DNA from: an uncultured Thermoleophilia bacterium
GTDB lineage: Bacteria; Actinomycetota; Thermoleophilia; UBA2241
Reading direction: 5' to 3'
Assembly (NCBI GenBank): GCA_963751215.1
Contig: CAVVTV010000024.1
Span: 1,052,178-1,116,177, forward strand
Length of the DNA stretch: 64,000 bases
In this document: piece after piece, positions 34,130 to 43,066 of the stretch
Layout: each line of letters opens with the position of its first letter
How positions within the stretch are numbered: the first letter of the stretch is position 1
Made by a program: the position numbers and the translations under genes
Notes under the pieces: model-generated
The model's input: the letters and a program-made list of their open reading frames with translations, nothing else
The model's database searches: none
Told to the model about the DNA's origin: nothing

Positions 34130-36220
34130 CTACAGAGACCGTCTAGCGCCTGCCTTCCCGGCCCCAAAGCCTGCGGTCGCCGCGGCGGGGGCGAAGCCTC
34201 CCGTGGTCGTCTTCAGGATGTCGCCGCCTTCACCGGCCGCCCAGCCCAGCGTCGGGTTTACGAAGCTCAGGGCGTCGAGAGGCTCAGAGTCGAGATCGTT
34301 GGGTATCAGCTGCTTGGTCCACGTGGCGCCGCCATCGCTTGTGTGGATGATGTAGGCGGCACGGCCGAACTCGCCGCCACCAACCGCCCAGCCGTGCGTG
34401 GCGTCGGCGAAGACCACGTCGCTGAGACTCGGCTGGCCGTACCGCGGCCAGAGCTTCTGGGCGACCCTTGTCCAGGTCTGTCCGCCGTTCGTGGTGCGCC
34501 AGATCTCGGCGTTGTCATCGTCGTAGCCCACGGCGACGGCGTGCTCGGCGTCGGTGCAGGCGACGCTGGTCAGCGTGGCGTCGTCCTCCATGCTCACATA
34601 GGGTGGCGAGAAGTCGAGCTGCTTGGTCCAAGTGGCGCCAGCGTCGGAGGTGTGCATGATCACGGTGCTGTTGAAGGTGGAGTCCGACCCCTGGGTCTCA
34701 CCGACCGCCCAGCCGTCCTGCGCATCGGTGAAGGTGACGGCGCTGAAGGCGACCCCCGCGTTCATCGTGTTGAGGTCGAAGGGCGAGGCGTACTGCGTCG
34801 TCCAGTGCTGACCGCCGTCGGTGGTGTGCAGGATGACGCCGCTGCTGTAGTCGTCGTAGGGGGTGAAGGTCTGGCCGGTGGCCCAGCCCGTTTGGGCGTC
34901 GGTGAAGGTCACGCCGGTGAGGTCATAGCTTGTGCCTGAGCTCTGGGATGCCCAGGTGGCGCCGCCGTCGGAGGTGTGGATGATGGTGCCTTGGTCGCCG
35001 ACGGCCCAACCGTTCGACCGGTCGACGAAATGGACGGCGCTCAGACCCGCGCTGGTGTTCGAGGTCTGGGCGGTCCATGTGAGGCCCCCGTCTGTGGTTG
35101 CCAGGACCTCGCCGCCGCCGCCCACGGCCCAACCGTGCAGGGCATCGCTGAACTGCAGGGCGGTGAGGGTGCCGAAGTAGTCGCCCGCCGCGCGCGTGCT
35201 GGGCTGCCAGCTGGTGCCGCCGTCGGTGGTATGGCTCAGGCGCCCGCTGTAGCCGGTATACGAGGAGTCTGAAGAGGCACCCGTGACGGCCACGAGGGGC
35301 GTGAGCGCTTCGACCCAGCTGGCCGGAGGGGCCGTGCCCTCGGGCGCCCAGTGGACGCCACCGTCGGCGGTGTGGTAGACCGTGCCGTCGACGGCCGCCC
35401 AGCCGTGGTCGCGATCGGCGAAGGAGAGGCCGCTCACCGGCCCGGAGAGCTGGACGGTCCAGTGCAGACCGCCGTCGCTGGTGTGGGCGATCTGGCCACC
35501 GTCTTGGTCGATGTCGCCGACCCAGCCGTTGCGTGCGCCCTTGAAGACGACGAGGCCCGGAGAGGAGACCTGGGCCAGGTGGACATGCTGCCAGCTGCGG
35601 CCGCCATCGACAGTACGGAGCAGCGCGTGGCTGCCGAAGCCGTCGGCGATCCAGGCGCGCCTGGCACTGAGCGCCGCCACGCCTTCCGGCCGGTCGCGGC
35701 TGCCCAGCTTCTGGGCGCTCCAGGTCAGGCCGCCGTTGGTGGTGTGCAGGATGCGGTGCCCGATGGTCGCCCAGCCGACCTTCGTCGTGGCGAAGCCGAT
35801 GGCTTTGATGGCGCCCCGCCACTGCAGGCGCACGCGCGTCCACCTCTGGCCGCCGTTCGTGGTGCGATAGAGGATGCCCGTGCCCTTGGCGCCGGCCGGC
35901 GCGCCGGCCGCCCAGCCACACCTGGTTCCGACGAAGGTGATCGCGCTGAAGTCGACGTTGTGCCGAGCCTGCACGGTCAGCGTGCGGCCTCCGTTAGTCG
36001 TGTGGAAGATGGTGCTGCCGCTGATGAGCCAGCCGTGTGTCGCATCGAGGAAGTAACCGCTGGCGTAGCCGTTGCCCTGAGGCAGCGGGTTCTGCCACTG
36101 CCAGGCACCGTTGCCGGTGCCGATCAGGGCGAGGGCCGCCGCGGGCAGGACGAGCAACGCCAGCACGGCGCCGCACAGCGCCAGGGCGAAAGGCGGTAAG
36201 GAACGTGCCGAGCCTGTCAT
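34130..36220 (-). CDS. secreted BNR/Asp-box (Ycf48/sialidase-like beta-propeller) repeat protein
   Basis: ORF 34130..36241 trimmed to ATG 36220. Signal peptide, then at least 12 repeats of HT[ST]DGGxTW / TTNGGxTW (S-x-D-x-G-x-T-W). Confidence 0.8.
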   Translation of the reverse strand: MTGSARSLPPFALALCGAVLALLVLPAAALALIGTGNGAWQWQNPLPQGNGYASGYFLDATHGWLISGSTIFHTTNGGRTLTVQARHNVDFSAITFVGTRCGWAAGAPAGAKGTGILYRTTNGGQRWTRVRLQWRGAIKAIGFATTKVGWATIGHRILHTTNGGLTWSAQKLGSRDRPEGVAALSARRAWIADGFGSHALLRTVDGGRSWQHVHLAQVSSPGLVVFKGARNGWVGDIDQDGGQIAHTSDGGLHWTVQLSGPVSGLSFADRDHGWAAVDGTVYHTADGGVHWAPEGTAPPASWVEALTPLVAVTGASSDSSYTGYSGRLSHTTDGGTSWQPSTRAAGDYFGTLTALQFSDALHGWAVGGGGEVLATTDGGLTWTAQTSNTSAGLSAVHFVDRSNGWAVGDQGTIIHTSDGGATWASQSSGTSYDLTGVTFTDAQTGWATGQTFTPYDDYSSGVILHTTDGGQHWTTQYASPFDLNTMNAGVAFSAVTFTDAQDGWAVGETQGSDSTFNSTVIMHTSDAGATWTKQLDFSPPYVSMEDDATLTSVACTDAEHAVAVGYDDDNAEIWRTTNGGQTWTRVAQKLWPRYGQPSLSDVVFADATHGWAVGGGEFGRAAYIIHTSDGGATWTKQLIPNDLDSEPLDALSFVNPTLGWAAGEGGDILKTTTGGFAPAAATAGFGAGKAGARRSL

Positions 36221-36304
36221 CTCAAAGTCCTTTCGCACCATGGCATCCGGCCGGACATAGACACACTAACGCTGACACCGGTTAGACGGAAGTTTGGCCG
36301 CAAA

Positions 36305-36337
36305 GTATCGGCCGACAACGGCCTGGGAGAGGCTTCT
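36305..36337 (-). promoter_or_regulatory. conserved 33-nt motif copy X (TTAGACGGAAGTTTGGCCGCAAAGTATCGGCCG) with 5-bp stem / 8-nt loop
   Basis: 28/33 identical to 47615..47647, with compensatory stem change (GGCCG/CGGCC versus GCCGG/CCGGC). About 85-115 nt upstream of the BNR-protein start on the minus strand. Confidence 0.5.
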
Positions 36338-36477
36338 GGGGCTCCATCACTAAGCAGGCTAGCGCACGTGCAGCGTGTTGACCGCCGTCTTGCGCCCGCG
36401 CTTGCCGCCCGCAGCAATCGCCGAGACGTAGAACTTGTCCGGCGCTACGGGCGTGGGCGTCTCGGTATCGCCCCAGA

Positions 36478-37824
36478 TCACATCATGGATGTGGACCTGC
36501 TGACCCTCGGCCAAGGTGATGATCTGGGCCTCCTCGGGGAGACAGGTGCTGTCGTAGTAGCGGCGTGCATGCGCGGCGGGGCGGCGGGGCCGATGCCGCC
36601 GGCGTGCGCACCCGGTGCGACGAAGCCCCCGAGAAGAGCGCCGGGCGCCGCACGCGAGAGTGAGTTGACCCGGACGAAGGCATACCAGCTGGGCTTGCGG
36701 CGCCCCGAGACCTCTACGAGGCCCATGTAGCTGCCGTGCTGAGCGCCTCGCGGGGGCAGATCCTGCACCTCGAACCAGAGCAGCGCCTTCACCTGGGGGT
36801 ACTTCTTGGCCACGAACGCATAGGCCTGGGTGAGGTAACGCGCCTGGTCGGCTGCCGAGACGACCCGGCCGAATACCGACTGGGGGTGCGTATCGTAGCC
36901 GTACTCCGTGAGGTAGAAGGGCTTGCCCGGGAACAGCTTGATGAGCACATTGAGGTTCCCCAGCGTGACGATGCCCGAGGGATGCTTCGCCGGGGGGGCG
37001 CTCGGCGCGGGCTGCGGCGCGGCCGGCAGCGTGTAGGGATGGTGTGAGTAGGCGTCGCAGTACTTGGCCGCCCCGTGCTGGCTCAAGTAGGTCGCGAAGG
37101 CCAGGGGCGACGTGCTGTCGGCGTCGTTGTAGCCGCGCGGGCAGGTGGCCCCGGCGATCACCACGGCGTTGCTCGCGCCACGCTTGGCGCCGTCGTGGAA
37201 GGCCTTCAGCATCTGCAAGTAGACCTGCTCGGCGTAGTGGGCATTGCCGGAGCGGGTCTGGGGACACAGAGAGAGGCTCAGATTGGGCTCGTTCCAGCAT
37301 TCAAAGTGGTTCACGGAGCCGGCGAAGTGCGAGGCCAGAAAGGCGCCCAGGTCGTCGAACTGGGTGCGCACCGTGGAGTTGGCGATGTTCATCGCATAGT
37401 TGGACTGATAGCCCTTCGAGTTCCAGAGCGCCGAGTTGCTGGCCCACCGCGGAACGCTGACGAGCGTGAAGATGACGTTGATCTTGTTGGCGCGCAGCTG
37501 CGCCACGATGTCGTCGAGCTGGGCAACGTAGGCGTCGTTGTAGCCATCGGCGTTGGTGTCGTCCGCAGTGGGGCCGTACGGCGGCGCCGTAGGCTGCAGC
37601 TTGGACCAGTACACCATGACCCGCGTCCACGTCGCCCCGAGCCCCGCAGGGCCCATCTCGCTGGCCATGGCCGGCACCTGAGCAAGATTCACGTCGGCCA
37701 TGGTCTCCAGGCGCCAGTCGGTGACACCCTTGCCCAGGGCGGCGGCCTGCGCAGCGCCAACGGCCAGCGAACCAGCCACGAGCACCAGGACGAGCAGAGC
37801 AAGACACAGCGAGCGGCGGCGCAT
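36478..37824 (-). CDS. secreted glycoside hydrolase, GH5-like (clan GH-A); C-terminus apparently frameshifted (continues in another frame to ~36359)
   Basis: Signal peptide MRRRSLCLALLVLVLVAGSLAVGAAQA. HFECWNEPN (acid/base Glu) and FYLTEYGYD (nucleophile Glu). The track frame ends in noise (...SRSTSMM*) while the overlapping frame of ORF 36359..37300 ends in a protein-like EAQIITLAEGQQVHIHDVIWGDTETPTPVAPDKFYVSAIAAGGKRGRKTAVNTLHVR*. Confidence 0.7.
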   Translation of the reverse strand: MRRRSLCLALLVLVLVAGSLAVGAAQAAALGKGVTDWRLETMADVNLAQVPAMASEMGPAGLGATWTRVMVYWSKLQPTAPPYGPTADDTNADGYNDAYVAQLDDIVAQLRANKINVIFTLVSVPRWASNSALWNSKGYQSNYAMNIANSTVRTQFDDLGAFLASHFAGSVNHFECWNEPNLSLSLCPQTRSGNAHYAEQVYLQMLKAFHDGAKRGASNAVVIAGATCPRGYNDADSTSPLAFATYLSQHGAAKYCDAYSHHPYTLPAAPQPAPSAPPAKHPSGIVTLGNLNVLIKLFPGKPFYLTEYGYDTHPQSVFGRVVSAADQARYLTQAYAFVAKKYPQVKALLWFEVQDLPPRGAQHGSYMGLVEVSGRRKPSWYAFVRVNSLSRAAPGALLGGFVAPGAHAGGIGPAAPPRMHAATTTAPVSPRRPRSSPWPRVSRSTSMM

Positions 37825-38044
37825 GGCGGTCTCCTTCTCTTGACGGCCTCAGGGATCGTCGCGGCACCCATCCGCGCCGCTTCCCGGTCATTGTATCTGT
37901 TGTCAGAGACAGACGACGGCGTCTGCAAGGCCGGCCGTCCCGCAATCGCACGAACGGCTTGAGGCCGGCGCCGTCGGGGCAAACCGCGCCGCAGAGGCTG
38001 ACGCCAGCCACTGCAAGGTAGCACAGACCATCCGGAGGCATGGA

Positions 38045-39424
38045 ATGAGCCCGAACCACGAAAATGGCCGCAATGAGCGCCTGCGCGAGCTCGCCGATTC
38101 GCTGGAGGGCCGGCTCGTCAGGCCCACAGATGCCGACTATGACGAGGTGCGCGCGCTCTTTAATGGCATGATCGATCGCCACCCGGGGGCGATCGCACGC
38201 TGCGCCTCGGTCGACGATGTGCGACGCAGCGTGACCTTCGCCCGCGAGCAGCGGCTGCCGCTCTCTATCCGCGGCGGAGGCCACAACGTCGCTGGCAATG
38301 CGCTCTGCGACGGTGGCCTGGTCATCGACATGTCGGAGAGGCGTCGAGTCGCTGTTAGCGCCAAGGAAGGCCTGGCACATGCCGAAGCGGGGGCAAGGTG
38401 GGCCGATTTCGACGCGGCCACCCAGGCCGAAGGGTTGGCCACCACGGGGGGCCTCGTCTCCACGACAGGCATCGCCGGCTTCACCCTCGGGGGCGGCGTC
38501 GGTTGGCTGGTGCGCAAGCACGGCTTGGCCTGCGACAACCTCGTGGCCGCCGACCTCGTGACGGCAGACGGCGAGGTATTACACGCCAGCGAGAGCGAGC
38601 ATCCCGACCTGCTCTGGGGACTGCGGGGCGGCGGCGGCAACTTCGGCGTCGTGACCTCGTTCGAGTATCGGCTTCACCCGCTCGATCAGGTCTTCGGCGG
38701 GCTCGTAGCCCACCCCCTCGAGAAGGCCCCGGAGGTACTGAGATTCGTGCGCGACTTCGTTGCCGACGCGCCCGACGAGCTCACCGTCCTGGCGGCCATG
38801 CTCACGGCGCCCGACGGCATCCCGGTGATCGGCGTGGCGGCCTGCTATGCGGGCGACCTGGCCGCCGGGGAGCGCCTGATCGCGCCGCTACGCAGCTTCG
38901 GTCCACCAGCGATGGACCTGATGGCGCCCATGCCATACACAGAGCTGCAGACGCATTTCGACGACTCGGCTCCCGCCGGCATGCAGAACTACTGGAAGTC
39001 GGACTTCCTGGGGTCGCTCAGCGACGAGGCTATCGAAACCCTGGCAGCCCACGCGGTGCGGCGCCCCTCACCCATGATGCAGGTGCACATCCATCTCCTG
39101 GGCGGCGCCATGGCGCGGGTATCCGAGGAGGCGACGGCGTTCGCCCACCGCGACGCGCCGTTTCTCTACAACATCATCGGCATGTGGTCGGATCGCGCCG
39201 ACTCCGAGCGCAACACGCAGTGGGTGCGGGAACTCTGGGAGGAGATGCGCCCCCTGGGCAGCGGCGCCTACATCAACTTCCTGGCTGACGAGGACCCCGC
39301 GCGCGTGCGCTCAGCGTACGGGGGCAACTACGAACGGCTCGTCGCAGTGAAAGACAAGTACGACCCTGCCAACCTCTTCCACTTCAACCAGAACATCCCG
39401 CCGTCGGCACCAGGGACGGCCTGA
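38045..39424 (+). CDS. FAD-linked oxidase with C-terminal berberine-bridge-enzyme (BBE) domain
   Basis: FAD_binding_4-like N-terminus (RGGGHNVAG) and C-terminal YGGNYERLVAVKDKYDPANLFHFNQNI BBE signature. GGAGG RBS. Confidence 0.85.
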   Translation: MSPNHENGRNERLRELADSLEGRLVRPTDADYDEVRALFNGMIDRHPGAIARCASVDDVRRSVTFAREQRLPLSIRGGGHNVAGNALCDGGLVIDMSERRRVAVSAKEGLAHAEAGARWADFDAATQAEGLATTGGLVSTTGIAGFTLGGGVGWLVRKHGLACDNLVAADLVTADGEVLHASESEHPDLLWGLRGGGGNFGVVTSFEYRLHPLDQVFGGLVAHPLEKAPEVLRFVRDFVADAPDELTVLAAMLTAPDGIPVIGVAACYAGDLAAGERLIAPLRSFGPPAMDLMAPMPYTELQTHFDDSAPAGMQNYWKSDFLGSLSDEAIETLAAHAVRRPSPMMQVHIHLLGGAMARVSEEATAFAHRDAPFLYNIIGMWSDRADSERNTQWVRELWEEMRPLGSGAYINFLADEDPARVRSAYGGNYERLVAVKDKYDPANLFHFNQNIPPSAPGTA

Positions 39425-39443
39425 GAGGGGGCTGGGAGCAACC

Positions 39444-39769
39444 TCAGCGCGCGAGCCGCCAACCCGGGGTCATGCCGTCAACGTCGAACGTGGCGTAGCG
39501 CCGGCCGTCTTGGCGGCTCAGCACGTAGCGCGACACGTTGAGCACGGGGATGCCTTCGGCAGTGGTTCCTGCGGGCGAGCCGTAGTGAGCGTGGCCGTGG
39601 ACGACCGCATCGGCTCGAGGGCGCGCTCGAGCCTAGCCACCTCGTCGAGGCCGACCTGCACGAAGCTCTTCAGGGCGGCTTCGCCGAAGGCGGCGAGGCG
39701 ATGGCGGAAACTCGCCGGCGATGGGCGTGCGCATGACGGCTCCTTCTCGTCGTGGCGAGCACGACATGG
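39444..39769 (-). pseudogene. metallophosphoesterase C-terminal fragment, internally frameshifted
   Basis: Two minus frames: ...FRHRLAAFGEAALKSFVQVGLDEVARLERALEP then shift to DAVVHGHAHYGSPAGTTAEGIPVLNVSRYVLSRQDGRRYATFDVDGMTPGWRLAR* (GHxH motif of calcineurin-like phosphoesterases). No start. Begins right after the stop of 39770..40135. Confidence 0.4.
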
Positions 39770-40135
39770 CTAGCCCTGCTGCTGTGTCCCCACGGCAGCG
39801 GGCACGCCGTTGCCTGGCTGTGAGCCGATGCAGACCTCGCAGCCACACGAGGCCTGGTGGCGCCAGCCGTCGCTGGGCACGACCGCCATGGCGACCATGA
39901 CGCGCTCGTCACGACGCGGCTGCCACCAGAAGTTGATGCCGTCGAAGCTGTAGGTGGGAAACTCAGCCGAGCTTCCGGGTCGCCACGCCCAGCGTTGCGT
40001 TCGTAGCACGTCGCGTAGAGTGAGCAAGGCGGAAGAGAGGTTCCTCGGTTCTGGGATCTTGCGGCCGACCGCCTCGTGCCGAACGTGCTTGGCCATGAGA
40101 CTGTCGGCGATCGTTTGCAGATCAAACTTGTTCAC
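39770..40135 (-). CDS. small hypothetical protein, DGINFW...SCxCxxC family member 1
   Basis: 121-aa track ORF (start possibly internal). C-terminal half YSFDGINFWWQPRRDERVMVAMAVVPSDGWRHQASCGCEVC aligns with 56358..56585 (YRYDGINFWRMHGEHSLLASAGDAPASGWWHRDSCNCPLC). Confidence 0.5.
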   Translation of the reverse strand: MNKFDLQTIADSLMAKHVRHEAVGRKIPEPRNLSSALLTLRDVLRTQRWAWRPGSSAEFPTYSFDGINFWWQPRRDERVMVAMAVVPSDGWRHQASCGCEVCIGSQPGNGVPAAVGTQQQG

Positions 40136-40261
40136 TGAAGAGACTCCCGCTACTAGTCGCGCTATTGGTGGGCAATAGGTACCCGCCGAGCCGGCAAGAT
40201 GAACGAGGGGCTTAGAGAGCCGACTGCGGCCGGGGCCGAGTGCTCGCGGCCCGATGACTCT

Positions 40262-40648
40262 TCAACCACTCTTGAGATCGAAGGGGTTGGCCCGCTTTTC
40301 GCGGAGGGTCGCGAGCTCTAGGGCGCCGTCTGCGCCGCCGCCGCGGAGGTGTGCCCTGACCTCTCTCAGCTCGCGCAGCGGCCCGCCGCCTTGCAGGCGG
40401 ACGTGCCGGAGGCTCGAGGCGGGGCGGCTGTGCAGCCGCCCGCTGAAACGCTGGCCTTCAGTGCCGGTCGCCGAGAAGCTGGTCGCAGCGATTACCCGCT
40501 CGAAGTCGGCGGGGCGCACGTCGAGTATGCTGATCACCCAGTCGAAGGTCTCCCTTGCGCCACTCTCGCTGATCAGCACGGCGTGCTTGCAGGTAACCGG
40601 CCGACCATCGAGCTTAAGGGCGCTCAGAAGGCGAGAGAGTTCGCACAT
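40262..40648 (-). CDS. hypothetical protein (weak call)
   Basis: Internal ATG (MCELSRLL) of ORF 40262..41089. GC3 not decisive versus the overlapping plus-strand ORF. Confidence 0.25.
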   Translation of the reverse strand: MCELSRLLSALKLDGRPVTCKHAVLISESGARETFDWVISILDVRPADFERVIAATSFSATGTEGQRFSGRLHSRPASSLRHVRLQGGGPLRELREVRAHLRGGGADGALELATLREKRANPFDLKSG

Positions 40649-40873
40649 CGCGACTCCAGCACATGCGTCCCGGTGTGAATCCTCGCCATGACGTCCTCCT
40701 CGATGGTGCACCCTGCTGAGGCATGGTTCCCAACGGGAAGGGGTGGCAATCGTGGTTCGCCGTAGACTTTTGCCGACTGATACCCTGCCGGCGAGCCAAG
40801 GAGGCGGCCGCTGGGTAGCTTGCCTCAACTCGTCGAGGAGGAGGCGGTCTTGGAGAAGACCAGGGTCCTGTTC

Positions 40874-41050
40874 ATGTGCGAGGTTCGCCTGCGGGTCTAT
40901 CATGAGGTTCGCGATGCCATTGAGGTGCGCCTCCACGGCTGGCTCGACGAACTTGCCGCACGGTGAAGGCGCCTGCCCGGCCTCGAGGCGATCCTCGCCG
41001 ACGCCGAGCGGCGCGGCGTGCCCCACGTCATCTGCCTCGGTGACCTCGTC
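40874..41050 (+). pseudogene. possible metallophosphoesterase N-terminal fragment with in-frame TGA
   Basis: Plus frame ...LDELAAR*RRLPGLEAILADAERRGVPHVICLGDLVGYRPE resembles motif II (GDLVGYGP) of YfcE-like phosphoesterases. Short; coordinates +/-3. Confidence 0.25.
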
Positions 41051-41104
41051 GGCTATCGGCCTGAAGCGCAAGGCGCCTCGCGCCGTCACCGGCGGGCAGC
41101 CGCT

Positions 41105-41590
41105 TTAGCCTTCCTGCGGCTCGCCGAGGGGCCGCGGGACGGTCCACTGATAGACGTCCTTGAGCTTCCAGGGGACGAGGGCGGTGCGCGTGCCCGTAAC
41201 GCCGGGCATGACGCCCACGACCTCCTCGACGAAGCGCAGCAGCTCCGCCTCGTTGCGGGCGTACACCTGGATTGAGAGGTCGCCCTGGCCGATCGAGCCC
41301 GCCACGTAGCTTACGTTGGCGAGCGCTGCGAAGCGCTCCGCCAGTTCGTGCAGGCGACCGGGGGAGACCTCGAGGAAGACGTCGGCGATGACCTTGAATC
41401 CCAGGGCCAGAGGGTTGACGATGGCGCTCACCTGGATCACCCCGCTGCGCATCAGACGCGCGATGCGGTAGCGGGCCGTGCGCGCCGAGATCTCGCCGAC
41501 GGCGCGCGCCACGGTGGCGCACGGCGTGCGCCCGTCTTTCACGAGCAGCGCGATGATCTGGCGGTCGACGTCATCGAGGCGCACTGCCAC
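41105..41590 (-). CDS. lrp: Lrp/AsnC family transcriptional regulator
   Basis: GTG start with AGAGGGGA RBS. N-terminal HTH (LDDVDRQIIALLVKDGRTPCATVARAVGEIS), C-terminal RAM domain. Confidence 0.85.
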   Translation of the reverse strand: MAVRLDDVDRQIIALLVKDGRTPCATVARAVGEISARTARYRIARLMRSGVIQVSAIVNPLALGFKVIADVFLEVSPGRLHELAERFAALANVSYVAGSIGQGDLSIQVYARNEAELLRFVEEVVGVMPGVTGTRTALVPWKLKDVYQWTVPRPLGEPQEG

Positions 41591-41648
41591 GGGCTTCCCC
41601 TCTTAGCCTGCCGGCCTGGCAGGGCTTGTCTTCCCGCCCGGCCTGGTC

Positions 41649-42035
41649 TTAGGCGGGCTGGCTGCCCGGCTCTAGAGTTCCCAGGTCTGACGCCGCCAGC
41701 GCCTCGGTGCGCTGCGCGTAGATGGCCAGGATGCGATCGAGGCCGGTGAGCTCGAAGAGGCGCTTGATCGCGGCGTTACTGCAGACGATGACAAGCGAGC
41801 CCTCGGCCGCGGCCAAGCGCTTGACGCCGCCGATCACGACGCCGAGCACCGTCGAGTCGATGAAGCTCACCTCGCTGAGGTCCACGATGACGCGGCGGGC
41901 ACCGTCGTTGATGCCACGCAGAAGAGCCTCCTTGAACTGCGGCGCGGTACAGAGATCGACCTCGCCTTGGAGCGCGACCACCGCGCAGCCCGCAGCTGGC
42001 ACAATGAGCTCCACGTGGAACGGTGGCGTAGTCAC
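41649..42035 (-). CDS. STAS-domain anti-sigma-factor antagonist (SpoIIAA/RsbV-like)
   Basis: ORF 41649..42188 trimmed to the GTG with GGAGAGGTGAGG RBS. ELIVPAAGCAVVALQGEVD...VIVDLSEVSFIDSTVLGVVIGGVKRLAAAEGSLVIVCSNAAIKRLFELTGL with conserved phosphorylatable Ser in DSTVLG. Confidence 0.7.
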   Translation of the reverse strand: MTTPPFHVELIVPAAGCAVVALQGEVDLCTAPQFKEALLRGINDGARRVIVDLSEVSFIDSTVLGVVIGGVKRLAAAEGSLVIVCSNAAIKRLFELTGLDRILAIYAQRTEALAASDLGTLEPGSQPA

Positions 42036-42242
42036 GGGCGGCCTCACCTCTCCGGGTGGCGCCGCCGGCACGCCGACACCCTGCTCCTGATGCGCTTGCG
42101 CCCGCCTTGCAGAGCCCGGCGACTCGGAAGATCTTGGGGCGGCGGCATGAACCCTAGCACAGCGCAGTGGTCGGCGATGTCTCCCCAACTGACGCCAACA
42201 TCTTTGACTCGGGCCGCCTGCCGGGTCGACACACGCTCACGG

Positions 42243-42300
42243 CGTCACGAGGTGGAGCCGAGCGTTCGTAGTATGACGCAGCGCCCCCTGGTATGGGACC
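42243..42300. promoter_or_regulatory. conserved ~55-nt non-coding motif, copy 2
   Basis: ACGAGGTGGAGCCGAGCGTTCGTAGTATGACGCAGCGCCCCCTGGTATG. About 210 nt upstream of the STAS gene start (minus strand). Confidence 0.5.
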
Positions 42301-42418
42301 GGTGTGTGCGAAGCCCAGGACGAGGCTGAGATGCAGGACCTGTTGGCGCATGATCCCGCCAGGGGCCTGCTACGCCATGAGATGCAGCCGTTGGTTCGCG
42401 CAGCCGTCGGCAGCAGGC

Positions 42419-43066
42419 TCACTGGCCGCTCATCCGCCGCCGGGAGCGTCGCCAGAGCATCACCGCGGCCACCAAGCCGATGGCCGTGGCGGCGATCAGG
42501 CCCGCGAGGCCGAGATCGTCGACGAGCGCGTCGAGATGGCGCACTAGAAGTGTGGCGAGCAGGGTTACCGCCGTCGCCCAGGCGACGCAGCCGAGAGCGT
42601 TGAAGGCCGCGAACCGACGCCAGCGTACCTGCGCAGTGCCGGCCGAGAGGGCGGCAAGACCGCGGACCGGAGAGAGCTGCCGCGCAATGATGAGCGTGAG
42701 GCCGGCGTGCAGACCGAAGTAGGCGTCGAGCCGCTCGAGGTGGGCTGAGCGGACATGTAGCAGCCGCAGCAGCCGCACGACCAAGGCGCGACCGCTGCGA
42801 CGACCGAGGAGGTAGGCAAGATTGTCGCCGCTGATCGCCGCCAGGGCGCCGACGACGATGACCCAGCCGAGGCCGAAGACGCCGCGCTGGGCCTCATAGG
42901 CGCCGACCAGGAGGCTCACCTCGCCCGGCACGGGAAAAGCGAAGCTCTCGGCCGCGATCAGGACGAAGAGGATAATGTAGCCGTGGTGCGCGACCTCGTC
43001 CGCGACTTCACGAAGGGCGCCATGCAGGGCGGTTGTGCCGATGAGGTGCACGAGTGCGGTCGCCAT
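42419..43066 (-). CDS. DedA/SNARE-associated family membrane protein
   Basis: ORF 42419..43117 (GTG) or ATG 43066. AESFAFPVPGEVSLLVGAY and ISGDNLAYLLGRRSG DedA motifs. Confidence 0.75.
   Translation of the reverse strand: MATALVHLIGTTALHGALREVADEVAHHGYIILFVLIAAESFAFPVPGEVSLLVGAYEAQRGVFGLGWVIVVGALAAISGDNLAYLLGRRSGRALVVRLLRLLHVRSAHLERLDAYFGLHAGLTLIIARQLSPVRGLAALSAGTAQVRWRRFAAFNALGCVAWATAVTLLATLLVRHLDALVDDLGLAGLIAATAIGLVAAVMLWRRSRRRMSGQ

Noticed and set aside
40743-41108. 121-aa plus ORF and other ORFs around 40.2-41.1 kb as real genes
   Set aside because: Arg/Ser-rich noise. Only a short stretch resembles a phosphoesterase motif, and it is reported as a low-confidence fragment instead.
42154-42351. 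Short ORFs (42154..42351 minus; 14171..14485 minus) sharing AAS-YE-SAPPR peptides as a conserved micro-protein
   Set aside because: Similarity is confined to the about 55-nt nucleotide motif. Flanking translations are unrelated and noise-like. It is interpreted as a non-coding element.
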